Below are positions 20,774 to 31,300 of a stretch of DNA of 64,000 bases, one piece after another. Position 1 is the stretch's first letter, and each line of letters opens with the position of its first letter. The stretch lies in contig CAWCFV010000002.1 of the NCBI GenBank assembly GCA_963794995.1, forward strand, positions 1,332,215 to 1,396,214, in the 5' to 3' direction. This stretch comes from an uncultured Actinomycetota bacterium. Its GTDB lineage: Bacteria > Actinomycetota > Actinomycetes > JACCUZ01. Both the position numbers and the translations under genes were made by a program. The notes below the pieces were generated by a model that was not told where the DNA came from, did no database searches, and worked only from the letters and a program-made list of their open reading frames with translations.

Positions 20774-20899
20774 TCACCACGATGGTCCGGTCAGCGGCTC
20801 CCCGGCGGCGGCGGCCGGCGCGGCGACGACCACCCCACCGCCGAGCAGGGCCGCGACGACGGAGAGGACGAGACGTGGCGCGTGGACGCGACCGAGCAT
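20774..20899 (-). CDS. Putative small secreted/membrane peptide (41 aa; may continue to 20715 after a frameshift)
   Basis: ATG ORF MLGRVHAPRLVLSVVAALLGGGVVVAAPAAAAGEPLTGPSW has high GC3. The adjacent frame continues coding-like (TIVVKVLTAGKTVQVDGLLTARG*) to TAG at 20715. Confidence 0.25.
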   Translation of the reverse strand: MLGRVHAPRLVLSVVAALLGGGVVVAAPAAAAGEPLTGPSW

Positions 20900-21088
20900 G
20901 GGTGGCTCCCGTGGAGGACCTCGCGCCAGGGGATCCCCGGTGGCGCGAGCGCAGTCAAGCGGGTCAAGCGGCCAGGAATGCGGACACAACCACCGATCAC
21001 CCGAAAGATGATCACGAAGGACTACCGGTCCGGCCGAACGGCTGCACCCGTCCTGACGCAGCGTGCTGGCACGGGGACGCCGCGTGCG

Positions 21089-21961
21089 CTAGGACCAGCC
21101 CCGGCTGAGGTCGGCGCACACCTCGGCTGCCAGCTCGACCAGCCGGGTCGCCGCCGGCGAGAGCTGCCGGTCGGCGTGCCAGACCATGGCCAGGTTGCGG
21201 GGCGGCAGCCCGGTGACCGACGGGACGACGGACACCTCCGGGTCGTCCTCGTCGACGGTCAGCCGGGGCATCAGGGCGTAGCCCAGACCGGCCGCCACGA
21301 AGCCCTGGATCGTCGGGTTGTCGTTGGAGCGGAACACGAAGGACGGGTCGACGCCGGTCCGGCGCAGGTGGTGCAGCAGGTCCTCGAACTCCTGCGGGTC
21401 GGTGTAGCCGATCAGCGGCAGCCGGGCGGCCGCGCGGAGGGTGACCGAGTCGCTGCCCGCCTCCGGTGCGTCGGCGGGGGCGAGCAGGACGTACGGGTCG
21501 TCCAGCACCCGGCGCACCGCGAACGGCCCCTCGGGCAGCGGCAGCGGCGCGAAGGACAGGTCGAACCGGCCGTCCTCGACCGCGGCGGCCAGCTCGGGCA
21601 GGTCCCAGGTCTCCTGCGGGACCAGCTCGATGCCGGGGTGCTCCTCGCGGTAGCGGCGCAGCAGGCGCGGGAGGATCTTGGTCCCGACGCTCTGCATCGT
21701 GCCGACCCGCAGCCGCCCCTTGTCGCCGGCACGGACCGCGGCGAGGTCGGCAGCGGCCGCGTGCAGGCGCGCGACGATCGCCCGGGCGTGCCCGACCAGG
21801 ACCTCGCCGAGGGGGGTCAGCCGGACGTGGTGCGGGCCGCCGGGCCGGTCGAACAGCCGCTCCCCCACGGCGCGCTCCAGGCCGGCCACCTGCTGGCTGA
21901 CGGCCGACTGGGTGTAGCCCAGCTCGGAGGCGGCGGCGCTGAAGGTGCCGGTGTCGACCAC
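21089..21961 (-). CDS. LysR-family transcriptional regulator (N-terminus appears truncated; true start probably near 22005–22024)
   Basis: HTH region is TFSAAASELGYTQSAVSQQVAGLERAVGERLFDR, followed by a LysR substrate-binding domain. The in-frame upstream sequence …YASALDTRQLLALLAV is LysR helix-1-like but has no ATG/GTG/TTG before the in-frame TAA at 22046–22048. An out-of-frame ATG lies at 22005..22003. Confidence 0.8.
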   Translation of the reverse strand: MVDTGTFSAAASELGYTQSAVSQQVAGLERAVGERLFDRPGGPHHVRLTPLGEVLVGHARAIVARLHAAAADLAAVRAGDKGRLRVGTMQSVGTKILPRLLRRYREEHPGIELVPQETWDLPELAAAVEDGRFDLSFAPLPLPEGPFAVRRVLDDPYVLLAPADAPEAGSDSVTLRAAARLPLIGYTDPQEFEDLLHHLRRTGVDPSFVFRSNDNPTIQGFVAAGLGYALMPRLTVDEDDPEVSVVPSVTGLPPRNLAMVWHADRQLSPAATRLVELAAEVCADLSRGWS

Positions 21962-22075
21962 CGCGAGCAGGGCGAGCAGCTGGCGGGTGTCGAGGGCGGA
22001 GGCATAAGGACTACTAATGGGTATCTCCAGGGACAGTGGTTGGACTTATGGTGCCAGAGTGCCGACCATGGAGTC

Positions 22076-22291
22076 ATGTTCCTCACCGACTGCTTCGAGT
22101 GCGGCCTGCGCGAGCTGCGCGGCGCGCGCTCCATCGAGACCCTCGTCAGCACCGACCACGGCACCGACCGGCCCAGCGGGGGAATGGCCCTGGCCTACCG
22201 CTGCACGCGCTGCGCGACGCTCAACCTGCTGCACGCCGGCACCTCGCCGGCGACGGCACCGGCGCCCGCCGTCCACCCCGTCGCTGCCTGA
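22076..22291 (+). CDS. Small 4-Cys zinc-ribbon-like protein (71 aa)
   Basis: Sequence is MFLTDCFECGLRELRGARSIETLVSTDHGTDRPSGGMALAYRCTRCATLNLLHAGTSPATAPAPAVHPVAA. It has CxxC…CxxC pairs and very high GC3. It is divergent from the LysR gene across an AT-rich intergenic island. An alternative TTG start at 22040 has an AGGGA box. Confidence 0.55.
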   Translation: MFLTDCFECGLRELRGARSIETLVSTDHGTDRPSGGMALAYRCTRCATLNLLHAGTSPATAPAPAVHPVAA

Positions 22292-22321
22292 CCTCCGTGA
22301 CCTCCCGCGGTCGCGCGGGCC

Positions 22322-23413
22322 TCAGCCGGCGGCCATGGCTGCGTAGCGGGGCTTGATGACGTCCTCGATGAGCGCGAGCCGCTCGTCGAAGGGGATGAAG
22401 GCCGACTTCATCGCGTTCACCGTGAACCAGCGGAAGTCGTCCAGCCCGTAGCCGAACGCGTCGGCGAGCTGCCTGAACTCGTGGGTCATCGACGTCCCGC
22501 TCATCAGCCGGTTGTCGGTGTTGATGGTCACCCGGAAGTGCAGCCGGCGCAGCAGCCCGATGGGATGCTCCTCGATCGAGGCGGCCGCCCCGGTCATCAC
22601 GTTGGACGTGGGTGCCATCTCCAGCGGGATCCGCTTGTCGCGGACGTACGAGGCGAGCAGGCCCAGCGTGGCGTGGCCGGACTCGTCGACGGTGATGTCG
22701 TCGATGATCCGCACCCCGTGCCCCAGCCGGTCGGCACCGCACCACTGGATCGCCTGCCAGATGGACGGCAGCCCGAACGCCTCCCCCGCGTGGATGGTGA
22801 AGTGGGCGTTCTCGCGCTGCAGGTACTCGAAGGCGTCGAGGTGCCTCGTCGGCGGGTTGCCCGCCTCGGCCCCGGCGATGTCGAAGCCCACGACACCGGC
22901 GTCGCGGTAGCGCACGGACAGCTCGGCGATCTCCTGCGAACGCGCCGCGTGCCGCATCGCGGTCAGCAGCGCCCCCACCCGGATCGGGTTCCCCGCCTCC
23001 CGGGCCCGGCGCTCGCCCTCGCGGAAGCCGGCGTTGACGGCCTCGACCACGGCGGCGAGGTCCAGGTCACGCTCGACGTGCAGCTCGGGGGCGTAGCGGA
23101 CCTCGGCGTAGACCACCCCGTCGGCCGCGAGGTCCTCGGCACACTCCGCAGCCACCCGGGTGAGGGCCTCGGCGGTCTGCATGACCCCCACGGTGTGGGC
23201 GAACGTCTCGAGGTAGCGCTCCAGGGACCCGGAGTTCGCGGCCGCCACGAACCACTCCGACAGGGCGTCCACGTCGCTGGTCGGGAGGTCGGCGTAGCCG
23301 GTCTCGGCGGCCAGCTCGACCACCGTCCGTGGCCGGACCCCTCCGTCGAGGTGGTCGTGCAGCAGGACCTTGGGCATCCGACGAAGGTCATCTGTGGTCA
23401 AAGAGTTGGTCAC
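22322..23413 (-). CDS. add: Adenosine deaminase
   Basis: Metal-binding motifs [17 protein letters not shown] and TINTDN. 363 aa. Confidence 0.9.
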   Translation of the reverse strand: MTNSLTTDDLRRMPKVLLHDHLDGGVRPRTVVELAAETGYADLPTSDVDALSEWFVAAANSGSLERYLETFAHTVGVMQTAEALTRVAAECAEDLAADGVVYAEVRYAPELHVERDLDLAAVVEAVNAGFREGERRAREAGNPIRVGALLTAMRHAARSQEIAELSVRYRDAGVVGFDIAGAEAGNPPTRHLDAFEYLQRENAHFTIHAGEAFGLPSIWQAIQWCGADRLGHGVRIIDDITVDESGHATLGLLASYVRDKRIPLEMAPTSNVMTGAAASIEEHPIGLLRRLHFRVTINTDNRLMSGTSMTHEFRQLADAFGYGLDDFRWFTVNAMKSAFIPFDERLALIEDVIKPRYAAMAAG

Positions 23414-23476
23414 AGACCGACGCTACCGTCTGCGACACTCTCAACTCGGAGTCCGACCAGCACGAGGAAAGAGGCT

Positions 23477-23905
23477 ATGACGGTGGGTGCACGTGAGGAC
23501 GTCCGGATCATCCGTCCGGCCGCCATCCTGGACGAGCGTGCAGCCGCGCAGGTCCTGCAGCAGCTCCGGCGCCTGGATGTGGCCGCCGGTGGCGTCTGGA
23601 ACGCCACCTCCTCCCTGTGGCAGCGCTACGACGCCCCCTGGGACGGCGTCGGCGGCACCCGGGGCGAGGCCCAGCTGGTCGGCTCGATCGCGGTCATGTA
23701 CGACAGCCCGCACCGCCACGAGATCACCATCTACAAGGTGACCGTCAGCGAGAACGGGCTGGACCAGGGCTGGACCGTCGAGGCCCTGTGCGACGACGCG
23801 CTCATCTGGGCCGGCCTGACCATCGCCACCTGCCCGCGGGCCGAGCTCGCCTCCCCGCCCGGCTCGGACCCCTTCAAGCGCCCCGAGGACCAGCGCGACA
23901 CCTGA
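23477..23905 (+). CDS. Hypothetical protein (142 aa)
   Basis: ATG with a GGAAAGAGG box upstream. High-GC3 ORF with no recognisable motif. Divergent from add. Confidence 0.5.
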   Translation: MTVGAREDVRIIRPAAILDERAAAQVLQQLRRLDVAAGGVWNATSSLWQRYDAPWDGVGGTRGEAQLVGSIAVMYDSPHRHEITIYKVTVSENGLDQGWTVEALCDDALIWAGLTIATCPRAELASPPGSDPFKRPEDQRDT

Positions 23906-23914
23906 GCCCGGCGC

Positions 23915-24277
23915 TCAGCCCTCCGGGTCGCGGTGCGCCAGGTCCGGGTCGAAGGCCGGCAGGCAGACCGCGACGTACTCCGCGCCCTCCTCGCCCACCA
24001 GGTAGCGCACCCGCTCGCCGGACCGGGTGAGCACCGCCTGCCCGGCCGGCACCTCCAGCCGGCCGCCGTCGTGCTCGACGACGACCGAGCCGCGAAGCAC
24101 GAGCGTCACCTCGTCGAAGTCCGGCGTCTGCGCCGGCTCGGACCAGCCCGGCGGCGCCTTCATGTGGGCCACCGAGACGGCGCTCGTCCCCGAGGTCACC
24201 CGCCCCACGTACTCGTCGATGACCTTGCCTCCCGGTACGGGGATGCGGGTCGGCGCGGGGACCAGCTGCGGCGCCAT
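23915..24277 (-). CDS. Cupin-domain protein (121 aa), translationally coupled to deoA
   Basis: Small beta-barrel-like sequence (…EVTLVLRGSVVVEHDGGRLEVPAGQAVL…). Its ATG overlaps the deoA stop (ATGA at 24275–24278). Confidence 0.6.
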   Translation of the reverse strand: MAPQLVPAPTRIPVPGGKVIDEYVGRVTSGTSAVSVAHMKAPPGWSEPAQTPDFDEVTLVLRGSVVVEHDGGRLEVPAGQAVLTRSGERVRYLVGEEGAEYVAVCLPAFDPDLAHRDPEG

Positions 24278-25572
24278 CAGCCCACCCGGTCCAGGACGAG
24301 GGGCACCACGTCGGGCCGCGAGCCCTCGGGGGCGATCACGACGGCGTCGGCCAGCGCGGCCTCGGCGTCGGCGAAGCGGGCCGGCTCGTCCGTGTGCAGG
24401 GTGAACAGCGGCTCGCCGCCCCGGACCTCGGCCCCCGGCTTGGCATGCATCTCCACCCCGGCGCCGGCCTGGACGGGGTCCTCCTTGCGGGCCCGCCCCG
24501 CGCCCAGCCGCCAGGCGGCCACGCCGACCGCGTAGGCGTCCAGGCCGACCAGGACGCCGTCGGCCGGCGCGGTGACCACGTGGGTCTCGCGCGCCGTCGG
24601 CAGCGGGGCGTCGGGATCGCCGCCCTGGGCGCGGATCATGCGCGCCCAGACGTCCATGGCGCTGCCGTCGGCCAGCCGGTCGGCGGGGTCGACGCCGTCC
24701 AGGCCGGCGGCCTCGAGCATCTCCCGGGCCAGCGTGAGCGTGAGCTCGACGACGTCCGGCGGTCCCCCGCCGGCCAGCACCTCGACCGACTCCCGCACCT
24801 CCAGCCCGTTGCCGGCGGTCAGCCCGAGGGGGGTGCTCATGTCGGTGAGCAGGGCGACCGTGCGCACGTCGTGGTCGGTCCCCAGCGCCACCATGGTCTC
24901 GGCGAGCTCGCGGGCCGCGTCGACGTCCTTCATGAAGGCGCCGGAACCCACCTTGACGTCGAGGACGAGCGCTCCGGTCCCCTCGGCGATCTTCTTGCTC
25001 ATGATCGAGCTGGCGATCAGCGGGATCGCCTCCACGGTGCCGGTGACGTCCCGCAGGGCGTAGAGCTTCTTGTCCGCCGGGGCGAGGTCCTCGCTCGCGG
25101 CGCAGACGACCGCGCCGACGTCGGCGAGCTGGGCGAGCATCTCCTCCCGCGACAGGTGCGCACGCCAGCCGGGGATCGCCTCGAGCTTGTCCAGCGTGCC
25201 GCCGGTGTGGCCGAGGCCGCGGCCGGACAGCTGGGGCACCGCCGCGCCGCACGCCGCGACCAGCGGGGCAAGGGGCAAGGTGATCTTGTCACCGACTCCG
25301 CCGGTGGAGTGCTTGTCGGTCGTGCGGCGCCCGCCGAGGTCCTCGGCCGGGAAGGACATCCGGATGCCCGAGGCGATCATCGCGTCGGTCCAGCGGGAGA
25401 TCTCCCGGCGGTCCATGCCGTTGAGCAGGATCGCCATGGCGAGGGCGGACATCTGCTCGTCGGCGACCTCGCCGCGGGTGTACGCCGCGATCACCCAGTC
25501 GATCTGCTCGTCGGTGAGGCCGTGCCCGTCGCGCTTGGCGCGGATGACGTCGACCGCGGCGATGCCGCTCAC
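24277..25572 (-). CDS. deoA: Thymidine (pyrimidine-nucleoside) phosphorylase
   Basis: Motifs DKHSTGGVGDK and LGHTGGTLDKLE. GTG start at 25572 gives 432 aa. The long upstream extension in the ORF track is low-complexity R-rich out-of-family sequence. Confidence 0.88.
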   Translation of the reverse strand: MSGIAAVDVIRAKRDGHGLTDEQIDWVIAAYTRGEVADEQMSALAMAILLNGMDRREISRWTDAMIASGIRMSFPAEDLGGRRTTDKHSTGGVGDKITLPLAPLVAACGAAVPQLSGRGLGHTGGTLDKLEAIPGWRAHLSREEMLAQLADVGAVVCAASEDLAPADKKLYALRDVTGTVEAIPLIASSIMSKKIAEGTGALVLDVKVGSGAFMKDVDAARELAETMVALGTDHDVRTVALLTDMSTPLGLTAGNGLEVRESVEVLAGGGPPDVVELTLTLAREMLEAAGLDGVDPADRLADGSAMDVWARMIRAQGGDPDAPLPTARETHVVTAPADGVLVGLDAYAVGVAAWRLGAGRARKEDPVQAGAGVEMHAKPGAEVRGGEPLFTLHTDEPARFADAEAALADAVVIAPEGSRPDVVPLVLDRVG

Positions 25573-25976
25573 GCCCTGGTCTCCAGGTCCTCGGGCCCGA
25601 ACGCGTCGGGCAGCACCTCGCGCATCGGGCGGACCCCGCTCACGGTCTCGAGCAGCAGCTCGGGACCGCCGTTCTCCCACAGCAGCTGGCGGCAACGGCC
25701 GCACGGCATCAACGTGCTGCCGTGCCCGTCGACGCACACCACGGCGACCAGCCGGCCACCCCCACCCGCGTGCAGGGCCGAGACCAGGCCGCACTCGGCG
25801 CACAGGGCCACGCCGTAGGCGGCGTTCTCGACGTTGCAGCCCACCACCACCCGGCCGTCGTCGACCAGCCCGGCCACCCCGACCTTGAACCGCGAGTACG
25901 GGGCGTAGGCGCGCTCCATGACGGCGGTCGCCTCGTCGCGCAGCCGGGCCCAGTCGGCGTCGGTGACCTCAGCCAC
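25569..25976 (-). CDS. cdd: Cytidine deaminase
   Basis: Zinc-binding motifs CAEC and PCGRCRQ. 135 aa with GTG start. Overlaps the deoA start (GTGA) and the upstream permease stop. Confidence 0.88.
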   Translation of the reverse strand: MAEVTDADWARLRDEATAVMERAYAPYSRFKVGVAGLVDDGRVVVGCNVENAAYGVALCAECGLVSALHAGGGGRLVAVVCVDGHGSTLMPCGRCRQLLWENGGPELLLETVSGVRPMREVLPDAFGPEDLETRA

Positions 25977-27231
25977 CTTGTCCCCGTCTGTACGGGAGGC
26001 CGTCCGCGGCGGGCATCCTGAGCCGTTGCGACGCCAACGCCAGCACGAGCAACGTGGTGACGTACGGCGTCATCGTGGTGAAGTCCCCGGGCACCTCGTC
26101 GGTCTGCACGTACCAGACCAGCACGGCAGCTCCGACGACGACGCTGAGGACGGCCGGCACCAGCCGGCGCCGCGTCACCAGCCAGATCGCGAGGCCGATC
26201 AGGACGACGCCGATGAGCAGCAGCAGGCCGTGCACGGACTCGCCCCCGCGGCGCAGCTGCAGCGCGTCGGTGAACCCGAACAGCCCGGCGCCCGCGACCA
26301 GGCCGCCCGGGCGCCAGTTCCCGAAGATCATCGCGGCCAGGCCGATGAACCCGCGGCCACCGGTCTGGCCCTCGCGGTAGCCGTTGCCGGCGACGATCGC
26401 CAGGAAGGCGCCGCCCAGCCCGGCGAACGCCCCGGAGGCGAACATCGCGGCGTACTTCATCAGGTAGACGTTGACGCCGAGCGACTCGGCAGCGGTCGGG
26501 TTCTCGCCGCAGGAGCGCAGCCGCAGGCCGAACGCGGTGCGCCACAGCACCACGTAGGAGGCCACGACCAGGGCCACCGCCAGCACCGTCAGCAGCGAGA
26601 CCCCGGTCAACAGGCCGCGGGCGACCCCGGCGAAGTCGGACACCAGGAACCACTCCTGGCGCTGGAGGTCGAGCAGCGGTTCGGACAACCCGGGTATCGA
26701 CACCTCCCGGATGTTGGCGATGGGCGGCGACTGCGACTCGCCGCCACCGGGCACACCCTCGAAGGCGGTCACGGAGAGGAACTGCGTCACGCCCAGGCCG
26801 AGGATGTTGATGGCCACACCGGACACGATGTGGTCGACGCCGAAGGTCACCGTCGCGAGCGCGTGGAGCAGCCCGCCGACGGCACCGAACAGGGTGCCGA
26901 CCAGCACGCCCGTCCACGGCCCCCACTGGTAGCCGGCCCAGCCCGCGCCCCACGTGCCGAGGATGAGCATCCCCTCGAGCCCGATGTTGACCACACCGGC
27001 GCGCTCCGCCCAGAGACCGCCGAGCCCGGCCATCCCGATGGGAACGGCCAGGGCGAGCGCGGCGCCGATCGTGCCGCTCGAGGTGAGGTCGTTGGCGCCG
27101 GTGACGACCCGGACCACGCTGAGGAGCAGGACGAGCATGGCCAGGGCCAGCAGGGCCAGGGTCACGCCTCCGGTCGGGAGGCGGCGCCTGCCCCGCGCGG
27201 TGTCCCCCACCGGGGTCCCGAGGACGGTCAT
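25969..27231 (-). CDS. ABC transporter permease (BMP/nucleoside uptake system)
   Basis: Polytopic membrane protein of the branched-chain/sugar permease fold. Part of a four-gene minus-strand operon. Confidence 0.8.
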   Translation of the reverse strand: MTVLGTPVGDTARGRRRLPTGGVTLALLALAMLVLLLSVVRVVTGANDLTSSGTIGAALALAVPIGMAGLGGLWAERAGVVNIGLEGMLILGTWGAGWAGYQWGPWTGVLVGTLFGAVGGLLHALATVTFGVDHIVSGVAINILGLGVTQFLSVTAFEGVPGGGESQSPPIANIREVSIPGLSEPLLDLQRQEWFLVSDFAGVARGLLTGVSLLTVLAVALVVASYVVLWRTAFGLRLRSCGENPTAAESLGVNVYLMKYAAMFASGAFAGLGGAFLAIVAGNGYREGQTGGRGFIGLAAMIFGNWRPGGLVAGAGLFGFTDALQLRRGGESVHGLLLLIGVVLIGLAIWLVTRRRLVPAVLSVVVGAAVLVWYVQTDEVPGDFTTMTPYVTTLLVLALASQRLRMPAADGLPYRRGQGG

Positions 27232-28336
27232 GCGGTCACCCCCGTCGGCTCGCCGGGTCGCTGCTCGTCCAGCTCACGGCTGACTCGGCGTTGCTCGGCG
27301 ACGATCCCGTACCGACGGACCAGCTCGTAGACGACCACCACCGAGAGCACGATGGTGCCCTGCATGATGAGCACGATCTCCTTGGAGATGTCGTTGATGT
27401 CCAGAACGATCGACGACGAGTCGAGGAACGAGAACAGCAGGGCCGACAGGGCCATGCCCACGGCGTTGTTGCGACCCAGCAGCGCGATCGCGATACCCGT
27501 GAAGCCCAGTCCGGCCGGGAAGTTCAGGCTGTAGTTGCGGGTGTTGCCGCCGAGCAGCTCGGGCATGCCGACCAGCCCGGCCACGGCGCCGGAGATCAGC
27601 ATCGCGATGACGACCATGCGCTTGACGTCGACCCCGCTCGCGATCGCGGCGGACTGCGAGCGCCCGGTGGCGCGCAGGTCGAACCCGAACCTGGTCCGGC
27701 CGAGGATCACCACGTAGGCGACCCCGGCGAGGATCGCCACCAGGACGAAGCCGTAGACGTCCTGGGTGCTGCCCGGGATGAGCGGGATCCCCGGGAACCT
27801 CCCCGACTCCCCGATCGGCTCGGTGCCGACGTTGTTGCTGCCGGCGACGTCGACCGCGGCCTTGCGCAGCAGGTAGGCGATCAGTGCCGTGGCGATCGCG
27901 TTGAGCATGATCGTCGAGATGACCTCGCTGACGCCGCGGGTCGCCTTGAGCACGGCCGCGATGCCGGCCCACATGGCACCCACGAGCATCGCGGTCAGGA
28001 TGATGACCAGGATGTGCAACGGCTTCGGCAGGCTCACCCAGCTGCCGACGACCGCGGCGCAGAACGCGGCGAGGCGGTACTGGCCGTCGACACCGATGTT
28101 GAACAGGTTCATACGGAAGCCGACCGCGACTGCCAGCGCCGACAGGTAGTAGATCGTGCCCTGGTTGACGACCTGGGACATGACGCGGGTCTGCGTCCCG
28201 TAGTCCCAGACCTGCTTGGCCGTCTCGAGCACCGGGTCACCGGTCGCGACCAGGACGAGCGCGGTGACCAGCAGCGCGAACGCGAGCGCTCCCGTGGGGG
28301 CGGCGACGGCGAGCCCGATGCGGCGCCAGTCCAGAC

Positions 28337-28340
<4 letters not shown>
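27228..28340 (-). CDS. ABC transporter permease (BMP/nucleoside uptake system)
   Basis: Polytopic permease. 4-bp overlaps with both neighbouring genes. Confidence 0.8.
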
Positions 28341-29878
<1,538 letters not shown>

Positions 29879-30064
29879 CGGCGGGATGGCACTCGTCGTG
29901 GTGATGAGGACACCTTCCTCGGACCGGGCGCCTGCGCGCCGCTCGGCGACCGGGTGGACCGCTCGCCGTAGGGGTGCACGCTAGCGCGACAGACGCCGAC
30001 ATGACGACCGGGTCCGGGATGACGTCGCCGTCTCCCCGGACCCGGCCCTTGGGTCACTGCACGG

Positions 30065-30097
30065 CCGGGTGGGCGCGCCGCAGCGCGCCCCACCCGG
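30065..30097 (-). terminator. GC-rich hairpin 6 nt downstream of the BMP lipoprotein stop (intrinsic terminator/attenuator within the transporter operon)
   Basis: CCGGGTGGGGCGCG-ctgcgg-CGCGCCCACCCGG on the minus strand. No U-tract, which is common in high-GC actinobacteria. Sits in a 225-bp gap before the ATPase gene. Confidence 0.5.
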
Positions 30098-30103
30098 CAC
30101 CGC

Positions 30104-31156
30104 TCACTCGGTCGGGACGGTGATCTCGCCCGAGATGATCTTCGCCTTGTAGTCGTCCAGCTCACCGGTGATGTCGTCGACCTGACCGCCGCTGGTGGAG
30201 TAGCCCACGCCGTCCTTCTCGAGGTCGTAGCGGACCGTGCCGGCGGTGAAGTTGTCGTCCACGGCGTTCTTGATGAAGTCGTAGACGGCGACGTCGACCT
30301 TCTTGAGCATCGACGTCATGATGACGTCCTGCACGCTCGGGTCGGCGGTCTGGTACTGGTCGGAGTCGACACCGATGGCGAGAGCGCCCGCGGCCTTGGC
30401 AGCCTCGAACACGCCGCCACCGGAGCCACCGGCAGCCTGGTAGACGATGTCGGCGCCGGCGTCGAACATGCCGGCCGCGGCCGTCTTGCCCTTGGCCGGG
30501 TCACCGAAGCCCGAGAAGTCCGGCGGCTGGGTGAGGTACTTGACCTGCACCTCGATGTCCTTGTTGACCGCCTGCGCACCGGCGGTGTAGCCCGCCTCGA
30601 ACTTGGCGATCAGCGGGACCTCGACGCCACCGACGAAGCCGATGTTGCCCGTCTTCGACTTCAGGGCGGCAGCAGCACCGACCAGGAAGGAACCCTGCTC
30701 CTCGGCGAAGACCAGGTTGGCGATGTTGTCGCCCACCGCGGCCTCGTCGTCGATGATGGCGAAGGTCGTGTCGGGGAGCTCCTTGGCGACCGTCGCGAGC
30801 GGACCGGAGTAGGCGAACCCGACGGCGATCACCGGGTTGAAGCCGGCCTGCGCGAGGACGCGCAGTCGCTCCTCCTTGGCGGAGTCGGGCTCGCCGTTGC
30901 TGGCCTCGGCCTCCTTGATCTCGACGCCGAACTCCGCGGCGGCCTTGTCGAGGCCGGCAGCAGCTGCGTCGTTGAAGGACTGGTCGCCGCGACCGCCGAT
31001 GTCGTAGGCAAGGCCGACCTTGAGGTCGCTGGCGGGAGCGCTGGAGCTACCCGTCTCCTCCGGGGTGGCAGTGGTGTCGTCATCGCTACCGCCGCAGGCG
31101 GTCAGGACGAGGGCTCCGGCGAGCAAAGCCGAGGCAAGTGTGGTCACCCGTCGCAA
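30104..31156 (-). CDS. BMP-family (PnrA-like) nucleoside-binding ABC substrate-binding lipoprotein
   Basis: TTG start preceded by GAAGGAGA at 7-nt spacing. Lipoprotein signal MRRVTTLASALLAGALVLTAC with lipobox. Mature domain is BMP-like. Confidence 0.8.
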   Translation of the reverse strand: MRRVTTLASALLAGALVLTACGGSDDDTTATPEETGSSSAPASDLKVGLAYDIGGRGDQSFNDAAAAGLDKAAAEFGVEIKEAEASNGEPDSAKEERLRVLAQAGFNPVIAVGFAYSGPLATVAKELPDTTFAIIDDEAAVGDNIANLVFAEEQGSFLVGAAAALKSKTGNIGFVGGVEVPLIAKFEAGYTAGAQAVNKDIEVQVKYLTQPPDFSGFGDPAKGKTAAAGMFDAGADIVYQAAGGSGGGVFEAAKAAGALAIGVDSDQYQTADPSVQDVIMTSMLKKVDVAVYDFIKNAVDDNFTAGTVRYDLEKDGVGYSTSGGQVDDITGELDDYKAKIISGEITVPTE

Positions 31157-31300
31157 AGGGTGTCTCCTTCCATGAGGCCGAGCAGGGGCCTCTTGGTGCG
31201 GACCCGCGCCCGTACAGGCCGTCGTTCGGCCGGGCGTGCGCACTCTAGCGGGCTCCGACAGCCGATCCGGCGAGTCTGCGAGAAGTCGAGCAACCCGTTA

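Noticed and set aside
22017-22356. Alternative plus-strand ORFs 22017..22346 and 22036..22356 in the LysR-divergent region
   Set aside because: They are R/P-rich nonsense. The third frame (22076–22291) has the coding GC3 and the CxxC pairs.
24277-25803. Long N-terminal extension of deoA (start 25803)
   Set aside because: The upstream 77 codons are R/G-rich and overlap cdd. The homologous N-terminus begins at the GTG at 25572 (SGIAAVDVIRAKRDG).
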